Of a stretch of DNA of 64,000 nt, positions 22,511-35,100 are shown piece after piece. The translations under genes and the position numbers were made by a program. Every line of letters starts with the position of its first letter. Position 1 is the first letter of the stretch. The notes under the pieces are model-generated. The model ran no database searches. It was not told the origin of the DNA and saw only the letters and a list, made by a program, of their open reading frames with translations. This DNA comes from Tubulanus polymorphus (Eukaryota > Animalia > Nemertea): the NCBI RefSeq assembly GCF_964204645.1, contig NC_134033.1, positions 9,122,655 through 9,186,654 of the forward strand, read 5' to 3'.

Positions 22511-23739
22511 TAATAAACATATATATAATGCACAGATATGGATGTTATATATAACGCAAAGATATGGATGTTATAATGATAATGTATTTCTACTCGCATA
22601 GAAATGAGACTAAAGTTTTCCTGTTTGGATATTCTAAAAGCTTATAAGTCCTTTGCCAAGGATATGAATGGTTTGTGATGATATTATGTTAACTAAATTC
22701 ATTTGTTGGTTGAACGATTTCAATTAATATCGCAATATTTAGCATTCGTGATATGATCAATATGATAGAGGTATGGCCATTTTTCTATTGTTTATGTTAG
22801 CAAAAGATTGCATTTGATATAGAAGGCTTTAAAATGTTTTGATGTATGGTTGAGATTTTCAAAATAAATGTTATGCTTACATGAGATAATTGGAACTAGA
22901 TGTTTTATTTCATTTTTATCAAGTATCGATGGATGTCTTTCGATGATGTGCAGTTAGCCCATTAGAGTTTGCCTTAAAATACTTTTCTCTCAGTCTAAGC
23001 TGAATTTAATTCATACCGCCGTTACAGTACCATAAAATTAACACAAAATCTTTAGCGTCATTGGAATAGGACGTCCCCTGTTTCACATCCGGCAGGTGTG
23101 TTGACGGTGGGTAAGTTTAATAAGGTACACCAAATCTATTAAAACGATCGCTATTTTAAAATCAAATCATTCCGAAGAAATTGGGGATTCGAACCTATCG
23201 GATATATACTGGTACTCGGCGTCTTTCCACTTAACAAAACATCGTCAATTACATTAGTTCTTATTATTGCTAAGTAGCGGCGCTACCGGTACTGTCGATC
23301 GGACATTAGAAACTTTCTACCTTTTGCTTTATTCACACCGGAGAGAGAGCTTCTTCCGGTCTCCACAGTTACACTATTTTGAGGCGCATGGACTCGAACA
23401 CTAAACGACGGAACCGGACTATGATAAAACCGGCCCATCACATCAACAGAATATTTGTAAAGAAGCATTCATTTACTGTTCACAAGTTTTAAAAGACATT
23501 GAAGTGAAGTAAGTGAAGTTAACTGTCGTATAGGCTAATATTTTCACCACACTGAATTGACTGCTAATATCTAGTGTCACATTCAGCATAATCAATCAGT
23601 CATCTTAAGTGGAACAAACAAATTGCCGGTGTCGTGGCATTTGCTGCATGGCTGGTTCAGTTCAGTAAGTCAGTCAGTAGAAATTGGTTTTTCCATCTCA
23701 AGTTCGTCGGTATTGTTGTCGATTGACGACCGTTCCTTT

Positions 23740-24010
23740 GAGCAGGGTAGATTTTGATGGTGCTGTAACGGAGACATACTGCCTTGTATGTCGATATCTT
23801 CCAGGCCACACGCAGTACAGGTTCTCGCAGAAGCGTTACCTGATAGTTTTGGTCGAGTTTCTTCCTTCCATTGATGTAAAATTCGACTTTTAAGAGGTCC
23901 ATGGAACGTAAATCGAGACACTATGGAGGCGGCCATGTTACATTGTTCACGTGATAAAATACTGAAATCTGATTGGATCCATATATTCCGCGGATGATGG
24001 CGGACGGGTT
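23740..24010. repeat. Interspersed repeat, diverged second copy at about 28055-28325
   Basis: Shared GAGGTCCATGGAACGTAAATCGAGACACT and AAATACTGAAATCTGATTGGATCC. Confidence 0.8.
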
Positions 24011-24477
24011 AAACCTGTCCTATACGGGCCAAATTCGGTTTTCGTATCTAGTCGACTAGTGGTTCGGAACTAATAACCGAATGCGCTTGATTTTCGAACT
24101 ATTTCCGGGATATAGTTCCGACTAACGGACATTCGGTTTCCTTTAGTTCGACTATAGTCGACTAACTCATATAACCGAATTTCTTAAAACATCCTACGAG
24201 TTGTGACTTACAAAATCATCACTAAAACGCTCACAATAGTCTACAATAGACAATCAATATAGTGTTTGTGGAATAGCACTCGTATTCAATGTTCACATTT
24301 TTACGAAGTAAGTAGGTGAAGTTACCTTGTTGATATCATTATTTTCACTGGATCAACTACTGATGTCCAATGTCACATTTAGAACAATCAATCAATCGCC
24401 TCGAGTGAACAAACAAGTAGCCTCTGCTGCATGGTTCAGTTTGTCAGTAGTGGTATAGTAGTATTGTATGTATTTGT

Positions 24478-27140
24478 CAAGTTCAAGTTCAAGTTCAAGT
24501 TCAAATTTATTTCACAGAAAGCATGACAGGCTAAGTACACAGGTTGAGAGAAAACAAACAATAAAATTTACATTTTTTTTAAAGCACAATTATAAAAAGA
24601 GAGAGAGAACAGTAGCTTTCAGTGTGGGCCAAGCAAAGCCTTTAGGCCGCTGTCGCAAACACCCAGGGAAAAAAACGAAAGGGAAATGAAGAAACAAAGG
24701 GGAAGGAAATGAGAGTTCATGATTTTTGATAATTTCAGAGGAGTTTATATGAGTAAGCTAGAGGGTTCAGGAGAGTGAGCAATTATAACAATTAGGGTTA
24801 TTACATTGATGGATATCATTGTAGGCGGAGGTGAGATATGGTCTGAGTTTACGTTTTAAATTTTGTTTGCTTGTTTGTAGGATGTCATTGGAAAAAGGTA
24901 GTTTTCGCCAGATGTTTGAAAGAATGTTTTGAGGTGAATTTTGATGCGGGGTTGGCGGTGTTTGTTTTGAAAATAAAGAATATGCGTGGTCTAAATATGT
25001 GCTTTTTCTGATGTTGACTAAAGGAGATAAGTTTTCCGCGGTGAAGTAATTAGAAAAGCAATGGGGTGAAGATTTGATGGTGTTTTGAATGAAAAGTGCG
25101 CTTTTAAGGATGAGGACATCATTGATTTTGAGGATTTCAAGATTTTAAAAAAGTGGGTGTGTGTGTGCAGTGTACTTAGAGTTGGTGATTATTCGAACAA
25201 TCATCTTTTGGATTAGGAGGCATTTTTATTATAAGGCGAGTGACCCCAAGCCAACAAGCCATAGTTCAAATGAGGATAGACTAAGGTGTAGTAAAGAGAA
25301 AGCAAATTTTGTGTGTCTAGGATGTTTTTAGTTTTGTTTATGATACCAGTAACTTGGGAAATTTTCTTGTGTATTTTGTCGATATGTGGTTTCCAGTTCA
25401 GATTTTCATGTATTGTCAAACCGAGGAAATCTATTTGTTTTACTCTTTCAAGTTCAAAGTTGCCTATTTTGATTTGTTGTACGTGGTTTATGAATGTTCT
25501 TCTCTGATAATTATGAAATATGATATATTTAGTTTTGTTCAGATTAGGGGTTAGTTTATTAGCGATAAGCCAGTCATTCAATATGTTTAGGTTATAATTA
25601 ATATACTGTGTGAGTGTGTTGAGGTGTGTATGAGAAGCAATGCAATTTGTATCGTCAGCGAATAATATGCCTTCATGTTTACCAACGAGGCATAGATATC
25701 ATTGATGTAAATTAGAAAAAGAAGTGGACCTAGGATGGAACCCTGGGGTACACCGATGTTTGAGGACAGTGTAGTGGAGTTGTAGGATTTGTACGAAACG
25801 TATTGTTGACGATTAGAATATGAGGATAACCAATCTCTTGCTATTCCTCGGATGCCGTAATGTTCAAGTTTATCTAGTAGTATATCGTGGTTAAGAGTGT
25901 CAAAAGCCTTCGAAAGGTCCAGGAAAATGCCTATTGTCCATGCATGGTTATTTATAGAGTTAGAAATTCTGTCTATGAGTTCGAGTATTGCATGTTCGGT
26001 TGAATCGCTGTGTCGGAAACCATATTGGTTAGGAAAAAGGTGTTTGTCAATGAATTTAGAAAGTCGTTTATGTACAAGTTTTTCGTAGATTTTGGAAAGT
26101 GAATTTAGTAGTGAAATGGGTCGATAATTTTCGATCAGTTTTATGTCACCTTTTTTTATGTAAAGGTGTTATTTTAGCTATTTTAAGTAAATCGGGGAAT
26201 TTGCCTGTTGAGAAGGATTGATTTAAAAGGCAAGTTAGTGGGTATGATATGTGGTTAATGATTCTCTGTAGGGTGTATGTGGAAATGTTGTCATGACCAC
26301 TTGAGTGTTTTGTTTTGAGATTATTTATAGTTTCTATGACTTATCTTTCGCACACTGGCATGAGGAAGAAGTTAGAGTCGGATCTAGGTAAATTGTTCAG
26401 GTAGTGTTGAGATGGCATTTGAGCCAAGGGAAGTTCATTCGCTAGATGTTCACCAATTTTATTGAAGTGATTGTTAAAGGAGTTGGCAATTTTGAATGGG
26501 TCGATAGTCTTAATGTTGTTAATTTTGAATGAGTGTGTAATGAATGTCTTGTTTATTATTAGTTTTCCCGATATCTTCCCTCAGGATTTTATGTTGTCTT
26601 TTATGTTGCCGTTTGCTATTTTTAAGGATTTTTAGTAGTGAAGTTTTTTGGAAAGTCTAATGATTGAGTTAAGTTTGTTTCTGTATGTTTTGAAGTTGTG
26701 TAGTTCGATAGCACGTAGGATTTAATTTTTTTATAGACATTAGGTGTATGTATTTTTTATCTTTGTTGTAGATTGATTGAAGTATGCCTTTAAATATCCA
26801 TGGGCATTTTGGTGTGTTGTAGTTGTTTTGTTTCAGTTTTTTTGATGTGGTTTCTGAATTAATTATAGTGCTTAACGTCGCTGAAAATGATTCGAATGTT
26901 TCGTTTATTGAAACGTTGTTGTTAAGGAGTGTTGGGAAGTCAATATTGCTGAGTTTATCACATATATTGTTAAATCCTTGTTCACTGATAAAAGTTTTTG
27001 TGTATGTTTGTTTACTATTGGGTTTTTGTTTTGTTCTGTGACTACACGCAAAAGTGATAAAATGGTCCGAGAGTGGTGTTGTAAGGATGCCCGAGTAATA
27101 GTTATGTCAGTTAGTAAATATGTTGTCAATTAGAGTGGTG
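24478..27140 (-). mobile_element. 5'-truncated, degenerate L2/CR1-group LINE
   Basis: Minus-strand TTLIDNIFTN and SDH (APE end), LDLSKAFDTLNH, GVPQGSILGPLLFLIYIND, FADDT; 3' tail AATAAA followed by (GAACTT)n. Confidence 0.9.
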
Positions 27141-27171
27141 TAGTGTATTTGAGATTAATGGGTTAATACAA

Positions 27172-27830
27172 TGTTATATACGGCAGTGTGCCCTATCGGT
27201 TGTAATTGATGATGTAATTAGAGATGCCTGTCAGCAGCCGCTGTTCACATTTAAATAAAACGTGATCTGTTCTGAAGCAGTCGTTGGTGTTTGTGCTTAG
27301 TTGAGATACCACATTTGGCGACGAGGATCGAGCCGGATTCGCGCAGATTCTTCTGATATTAGGTACGCACGATGGCACTCGTAGGGGTTGAAATTCAAGC
27401 GGTTGAAAGGTTTGACGTTTCTGGAAATGCTGCAACGTTGGGTCCACGCTGGTTGAAATGGTGGAAAGCATTTCAGTATTTTCTGGCCGCAAAAGGCGTA
27501 GAACGGGCCTCTCAGAAGCAGGCATTACTTCTCCACTGTGCTGGGGTGGAGGTTCAAGAACTTTTTGAAACGTTAATTGATCCTGGGCCGGTGGTTATCG
27601 AGCGAGACGCTGGTGGAAATGCTGTCCAAGATACTGCGGATGAATATGAGCGTGCATTACGAACATTGAACAACCATTTCGTTGGGTAGGTGAATGAGCC
27701 GTATGAGAAGCATGTTTTTCGTTCAATGGCCCAAAAAGAGGGCGACACGGTTGACAAATTTGTAGCCCAACTCAAAAAGCAGGCTCAATTTTGTAATTTT
27801 CCGCATCCAGAGGTAGATATCCGGGATCTT
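27172..27830 (+). mobile_element. Truncated Gypsy (Mag-like): LTR 27172-27313, PBS TGGCGACGAG 27316-27325, gag N-terminus
   Basis: TG...CA LTR containing AATAAA; gag RWLKWWKAFQYF...ALLLHCAG...FRSMAQKEGDTVDKF...CNF with one stop. Confidence 0.85.
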
Positions 27831-29071
27831 CCAATCGTTGATTCATAGCATCAATTTCCTGATCGGTTTTGTCCTTTCGGGGAAGGAGCGACGCAATTTT
27901 CACTTAGGCGTTTGGCCACATTTTTTTAACGGTCTCGATGGATTTCTTCATCTCCTGGAGAACTTTTGCATCTGTTTTTGTGTACCAATCGTTTGTACCG
28001 CAGTTGATGAGTACGGAATCATGTCGTTTCCATCCAGTCCAAATTGCTGATTGACGACCGGTAGGTTTTGACGGCGCTGTAACGCAGCCATCCTGAATTG
28101 AATACCGATATTTTCGATATCACACGCTAAACAAGTGCCTGCAGAAGCGTTACCTGGCAGGGTTAATGGAATTTCTTTCTTCATTGATATAAAAAATGAC
28201 TTTAAAAGAGGTCCATGGAACGTAAATCGAGACACTGTGTAGGCGACCATGTTACATTGTTCACGTGATGAAATACTGAAATCTGATTGGATCCGTAAAT
28301 TCAGCGGAAGATGCCGGACGGGCAAAACACATCCTCGCTTGCCAGGGGTCCGGTATCACTCCCGAACTCGCTTCCACCAGCCCCCTGGCGTCACGAAGCG
28401 TGATTTCATTACTGGCGCTGTTGCGCGTGACGTCATATATCGATTTGCGAAATACTTCCTTGTTCGGTAAAACGTTCGCTGATTGGTCAATTTAACGGGA
28501 AAACCAACAGAAGTCTACTGACGCGTTTGTTACAAGCGCTGTGATTGGTACGACCGGATTCTGGTCGGCTAGTAACGACTCCAACGACTCGTGAGGTCAA
28601 GGGGTTCGGGGAACAGCTTTAGCGTAGTGGGTTCGAATCCCTTGACGGGTGAAGATGGGCAAAACATAGAAGATAGAGACCGGTAACCGGTCTATGTCCC
28701 ATATTGAATGGGAGAGGCAACCAGTCTAACCGAAATCAGTGATTGATTGACCGAAACGTAAAAAATCGAAGGGTTAAAAAAGTAATACGCGTTAACTAAC
28801 TTGAATCTACGAGGATATCGATATGTTACATATAGCCACATATTTCAAAGATGGAGCCAGATGACGATAGCAACAATTAACGCTGGTTTTTCAAATCAGG
28901 CATCGAAAACTGCTTTTAAAACTTAGGCCTGAGAAAAGCATATAGAATTACAAATTAATCTTTTTTCTTAAGTAGCCAAACTGTTTACTTTATCATTAAG
29001 TCACATTTTCTTGGAAACTGAAAAGTGCTTCGTTCCGGGTGAGAGTTTCTTATTTTCGAAACCGCAATCGG

Positions 29072-29105
29072 TCCTTTTAAACCCGGAAGTGAAAATCGCT
29101 CCTCC
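29072..29105 (+). promoter_or_regulatory. Putative TCTP core promoter: pyrimidine (TCT/TOP-like) tracts and ETS site CCGGAAGTG (29083-29091)
   Basis: Motifs 45-80 bp upstream of the ATG; TCTP is an established TOP mRNA. The TSS was not determined. Confidence 0.45.
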
Positions 29106-29151
29106 GTCGTTGATAATTCATCGTCGTTAAATCCTTAAACATCACTTCAAA

Positions 29152-32100
29152 ATGATCGTCTTCAACGATTTACTCACAGGTATTTGGTTAAATGCCGATC
29201 AATGTTTCATCGGTGAAAATCCCGTGACGAATCGTGTTCGACCTGTTAGCGTTTAGCCCGCTTTAAATCTGTTCTTCGTAAGGCCGCCATACCTTGTTTT
29301 TCCACAGGGGCTCGTATCCGAGTTGTAGGTAGTGTAAAAACGATAATCTGTCAATCCATTGTCTAGAACGTACAGGTATGTAAACTAAGAAGGGGATGCA
29401 GGGGGCCTATGTCTAGGGATTTCAGGTTGAAAGTTTCTATGTGTCCTACGTACGTGTCGTTCTAATGGTTTAAAATGAAGAAGGGGATAGTATGGGTCAT
29501 CCTTATTACCGAGATGACATCACAGGGGTTTGGCGATGGGCTTGGATTTTATTTCCGGGTTGTTGATAATCTCGCGAGAATGGCGCTAAATATGAACTGC
29601 GAATAAATTCAAAATATCACGGAAATACCTTGTGTTTATATTGTTTATTTATCCGCTATAAAGTTCTGATAAACAATTGGTCTTTAAGAATCATTATCAG
29701 ACGGTCGTCATGCTTTACTATATAAAATCACAAGGGATGAAACGCCAGGCCTCCGCTGTACTTAAATTTTCAGCCAGAAAGTTGGGACAGTCACGTGACA
29801 TTCTGATGACGTCATCGCATTTAAAACTTCAACACGAAAAGTTAACATATTCACAGACCGATATCAATTGTCAGATTATGATTCATATGAAATAAATAAC
29901 TTATAAGGAATAAATTATGACGAAATATATAATTCATAGTAAAAAAATGCATTCGAATGTAAGTTATTCTCAAATATTTTTCGTATCATAGTTTCCATCT
30001 TATATGCTTCAGGTTCGCGTTCAGTCAAATAAGAAGCGTTAAGTCACGTGACTGTCCCAACTTTCTGGCTGGCACAACTCTGAAGGCGTTTCATCCCTTG
30101 TTCTTTTATATAGTAGCGTGACGACCGTCTGATAATGATTCTTAACGACCAATTGTTTATCGAAACTTTATAGCGGATAAATAAACAATATAAACACAAG
30201 GTATTTCCGTGATATTTTGAATTTATTCGCAATTCATATTTAGCGCCATTCTCGCGAGATTATCAACAACCCGGAAATAAAATCCAAGCCCATCGCCAAA
30301 CCCCTGTGGATGACATACTTTACCGAGATGAACCGAGATGAAATTAAATATGACATATTTATTTATTTCTTATCGATTTTAACACTTGAAATCATGTTAT
30401 ATCAGTAATAAATACCTTCTAGAGTCATATTTTACATATTTTTTTTCATTTAAAAAAATTTTGACTTCAAATACGTAAACTCGGTTAGCAATAAAATTTC
30501 ATTGAATTTGATTGATCGACGATCTTATCTCGGTAAAGTTAAGTTATTTCTCTACATAATATATGACAAAATATGTAAAATATGACTCCAGCAGGCATTT
30601 ATTACTGATATAATATGATTTCAATGGTAAAAATCGATAAGGAATAAATAAATATGTCATATTTAATTTCATCTCGGTTCATCTCGGTAAAATACGTCAT
30701 CTCGGTAATAAGGATGACCGGATAGTATAAGCCACAGGGGCTTGTAAACTGGCTTGGATTTTACTTCCGGGTTGTTGATAATCTCGCGAGAATGGCGCTA
30801 AATTTAAACTGCAAATAAATTCAAAATATCACAGAAATACCTCTTGTTGATGTTGTTTATTTATCCACTATAGAGTTTCGATAAACAATTGGCTGTTAAG
30901 GATCAGTATCAGCGGGCGCGACGCCTTACTATATTAAAATAACAAGGGATGAAACGGCTTCGCTTTTGCCTGTGACCGTATTGATGCGGCGGAAACCGCT
31001 GCGCATGCGCGGCATTCTCGCGAGATTATCAACAACTCGGAAGTAAAATCCAAGCCAGTTTACAAGCCCCTGTGTATAAGCATACAGCACTTTACAGAAT
31101 CAAAATTGGTCAAGCGGTTCAAAAGTAATAAGCAATCAAAGGGTGGAAATTTGGGGTATCTTAGTCATTCGAATGCACAATACACTTAAGTTCATTTCCA
31201 ATGAAAGTATCAGACAGGAAGTGTCTAGGTTTTGCTGCTTTTTAGCCAGATAATGGAATTAACTTCAATATTAAAACCAATATAACTCCCAGAATTTTTA
31301 TCCGTTTAAAACCTAGCGAAATATCCCAAAAAGATCGTGGACAATCGAAAATAAATAGACTTTAGTCGCCTCAAAAAACAAGTGAAGCAACATAACAAAT
31401 ATGGCGGCTTTTCGTGGCGCATGATGGGAGTGTAAATTACCGATTCGAACTTAAACTTGGACTGACATTGATGCCAATGCAGATATTATTCTTGTTTCAA
31501 ATTGTTAAGGTTAAAATTGACCAAAATTTATGCGTTTTATCAACAAAAGATAACATTTAGAGATAATTTTCAGTCCCAGAGGGCTATTGCGTTCACTTTT
31601 CGTCGGTCAGTGCGTCCATCCGTCCATAGACGGAATCTAGTTATTTTGGGAAGTTTTGAAGACGCTTCTATGTAATATCCTGATATTTGGGTTACACATG
31701 TATTTCCCTAGACACACCTTCAGCCTGAAGCCTGGCCCTGTCAGAATCAAGATGACCGAACGGCAGCCATTGTTGTTCGCCAAAATCAACACTTTTTACA
31801 CATTTTTGAACTTTTTGAGGAAAATTTTGAAGACGCTTTAATCAATTAGGCCCTACCTTGATCTTTCGTATATATTTGAATCCCCCAAGGGTCCATCACC
31901 ATAAAAAAAATTGGGTCGATCGGACAAGACTAACCCCTTTTTAGTACCCAAAAATGTCAAGTTGGCCCAAATTCTGAGTCCTGTAGCTTCCTACTGGTTT
32001 GCCATTTCTCATTCTAATTTGTGATGGGTATTATTTGGAAAGGGATGTTTTATATCTGAGACAGGTATTTTTGATCAGCCAATTATGACGCAATTGGCGG

Positions 32101-35100
32101 CCATCTTTGTGTCATCAGTACTCAGTCATAGGTGGAAAATGTTTTTCCACATTATATTGATAACCTTAGCATATTTTTTTACCACAATCAATTGCAAAGT
32201 TGTAGCTCATGACATAGTCTATAATTGTGGCGAGTTTGAAGGACATTAGTTATTCTACATGATCACAAGGGGGCATTGGATAACTTAGTATTTCCTTATT
32301 AGATAGGTACCTAGGCATATTTTGTTACCATGATCAATAATTGCAAGGTTGTAGTTCATGACATGTACTATGATTGTGGTGAGTTTCAAGGTCATTGGGT
32401 CTTGCATATGATCACCAGGGGGCGTCGAATAGTAGAGTAACTTAGTATTTCCATATTAAATTGGTAAGGAGGCATATTTTGTTATCACATTCGATTACAA
32501 AATCGTAGCTGCTGATATGTTCTATGATTGTGGTGGGTTTCAAGGTCATTGGTTTTTTGTATATGCAGTGTTTTCAATAAGAAATTAACAAGCCAGGTCC
32601 CTTTGAAAAACAGGAGGGTCCCATAATACGTCACAGTCCCGGAAATGAAAGTTGGTATGAAAAAAACAGGCTGGTCCTTTACAAACGACAGGTGTACGGG
32701 TCTGGGACCTGGCTCTTATTGAAAACACTGATATGGTCACCAGGGGGCGTTGAATATTGAAATTGTTAGATTGTTGAGCATTTGGAATCACTTTCCAAGT
32801 GGGTATGGTGTCCCTGAACCCCTAGTTACATCAGTAAGAAAACAACATGCGAATAATTTCCAATGAACAAACTCGAGGTAAACGCTTTTTGACTGTAATA
32901 AAATGCATGCTTCCCTTTTCATTGAATCATTGGTTTTTGTATATGGCAGGGATGAGAATTATCCGCAGATTTCGGTATTGAAAAATATCAATGTTCCAAA
33001 TAGTCCAAAAATGATGTAAAAGTATGGGGAGGGGGTGATGATCTCATTCAATTGGTCTGGCGAGATCGATAATCAGGTGAACTGTAAAAGCGTTCAGTGC
33101 CTGTTTTATTTATCGTTGCGTAAAAGTATCGCATTTCAATGCATATTCATTGCAACACTGATTTTGTATCTACATTTGTACTACGATGAGTGTGGATGTA
33201 TTTTATCGATCGGTTGCAGAAATGCGCGCGGCAACAGAAGTTATGTATGTAGGCCTGCTTACTGTTGCTGCACATGTGTGGCGAACGCCTTCAGATATTA
33301 TACACTACTGGGTGATGTTTTTAGTGAGCATTCATTGGCGCGTTTTAACTGCAATAATTCAGGGCTCGACCCATAATGCATTAGATGCCCCCGAGCCCCG
33401 CGTAATGGCTTTGGCGCTCGCAAGGTCAGAATGAGGTCAAATTGATTTCCGATTTTTAGCCCACTTGGGACGTTGGGCCCAGCAGGCTATTGCGTTCACT
33501 TTTCGTCCGTCTGTAGACGGAATCCAGTTATCTTGAGAAGTTTTGAAGACGCTTCAAGGTTATGTCTTGATATTTGGGTTACACATGTATCTACCCTAGA
33601 CACATCTTCAGCCCAAAAACTGGCCCTGTCAGATTCAAGATGGCCGACTGGCAGCCATTGTTGTTCGCCAAAATCAGCACTTTTTACACATTTTTGAACT
33701 TTTTGAGGGAAATTTTGAAGACGCTTTGATCAATTACCTTGATCTTTCGGATATATGTGAATTCCCCCAGGGCCCATTGGCATAACAAAAATTGGGTCGA
33801 CCAGACTCAAGATGGCCGTCCTATGACCTTTTTAGTGCCCAAAAATGTTAATTTTGGCCCAAATCCTGTAGCTTCCTACTGGTTTATTATTTCTCATTGC
33901 AATTTGTGATGGGTATTCTTTGGAAAGGGATGTTTCATACCTGAGACCGGTATTTTTCATCAGCAAATTATGACGCAATTGGCGGCCATCTTGGTGTCAG
34001 CAGTACTCATTCGTAAGTGGGAAAAAGTTTTTCCACATTATATTGATACCTTAGCGTATTTTGTTACCACATTCATTTAGAAAGTTGTAGCTCATAACGT
34101 GTTCTATGACTGTGGTGATTTTCAAGGTCATTGGTTTTTGTTTATGGCCACCAGGGGCGTTGAATAATGCAATATCTTAGTATTTCTATAATATATTCGT
34201 ATCAATGCATATTTTGTAACAACAATCAATTGCAAAGTTGTAGCTCATGACATCATCTATGATTGTGGCAAGTTTTAAGGCCATTAGTTATTCTATATGG
34301 TCACCAGGGGGTGTTGAATAGTAGAATAACTTAGTATTTCCTTATTATATTGGTACCTAGGCATATTTTGTTACCATGATCAATTACAAAATTATAGTTC
34401 GTGACATGTTCTATGATTGTGGTGAGTTTCAAGGTCATTGGGTTTTGAATATGGTCTCCAGGGGGCGTTGAATAGTAGAATAACTTAGTATTTCCATATT
34501 AAAGTGGTAACGAGGCATATTTTGTTATCACAATCAATTACAAAATCGTAGCTGGTGACATGTTCTATGATTGTGGTGAGTTTCAAGGTCATTGGATTCT
34601 GTATATGGTCACCAGGGGGCGTTGTATATTGAAATTGTTAGATTGTTGAGCATTTGAAACCACTTCCCAAGTGGGCATGGTGTCCCTGGACCCCTATTTT
34701 TTTTTGTAACTACTGTTGGGATCCCTGAATTTTCATTCTGGTCAGTTCATAGTAAAATTAATTTCTTTTCTTTTCTACAGGTGTCGAGATATTTTCCGAT
34801 TCATTCAGGCACAAACTTGTTGATGGCCTATACTATGAAGTTGAAGGCAAGGTATGAAATGAATTTAATCACATTTGCGCACATTTGTGAATTTCCGAAA
34901 ATTTCATTATTAGTGAAACTTTGCTATTACCATGTCTGCATGGGGTCTCAATGTTCGACCAAAACCCACGTTCGCAGTTTCGGCAATAAAATAGCGCTAT
35001 CGTGGGTTGTATATGAACTATAAGCGTGAAGGATAAATAAATTAAAATTTATGGCCAATGGAGCTACTTTCGTCGATAAGTCCTATCTCGGGTCTTTATA

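Noticed and set aside
28615-28650. tRNA gene (GGTTCGAATCCC)
   Set aside because: Only a B-box/T-arm; no cloverleaf could be built. The same applies to the reverse motif near 23183.
32150-34640. CRISPR-like array from ~120-bp periodic repeats
   Set aside because: Whole units are diverged tandem repeats without unique spacers, inside HINE-like elements; no cas genes; eukaryotic context.
34781-35023. 80-aa ORF as a stand-alone gene (likewise 38043-38306)
   Set aside because: These overlap TCTP exons 2 and 4; only the exon portions are coding.
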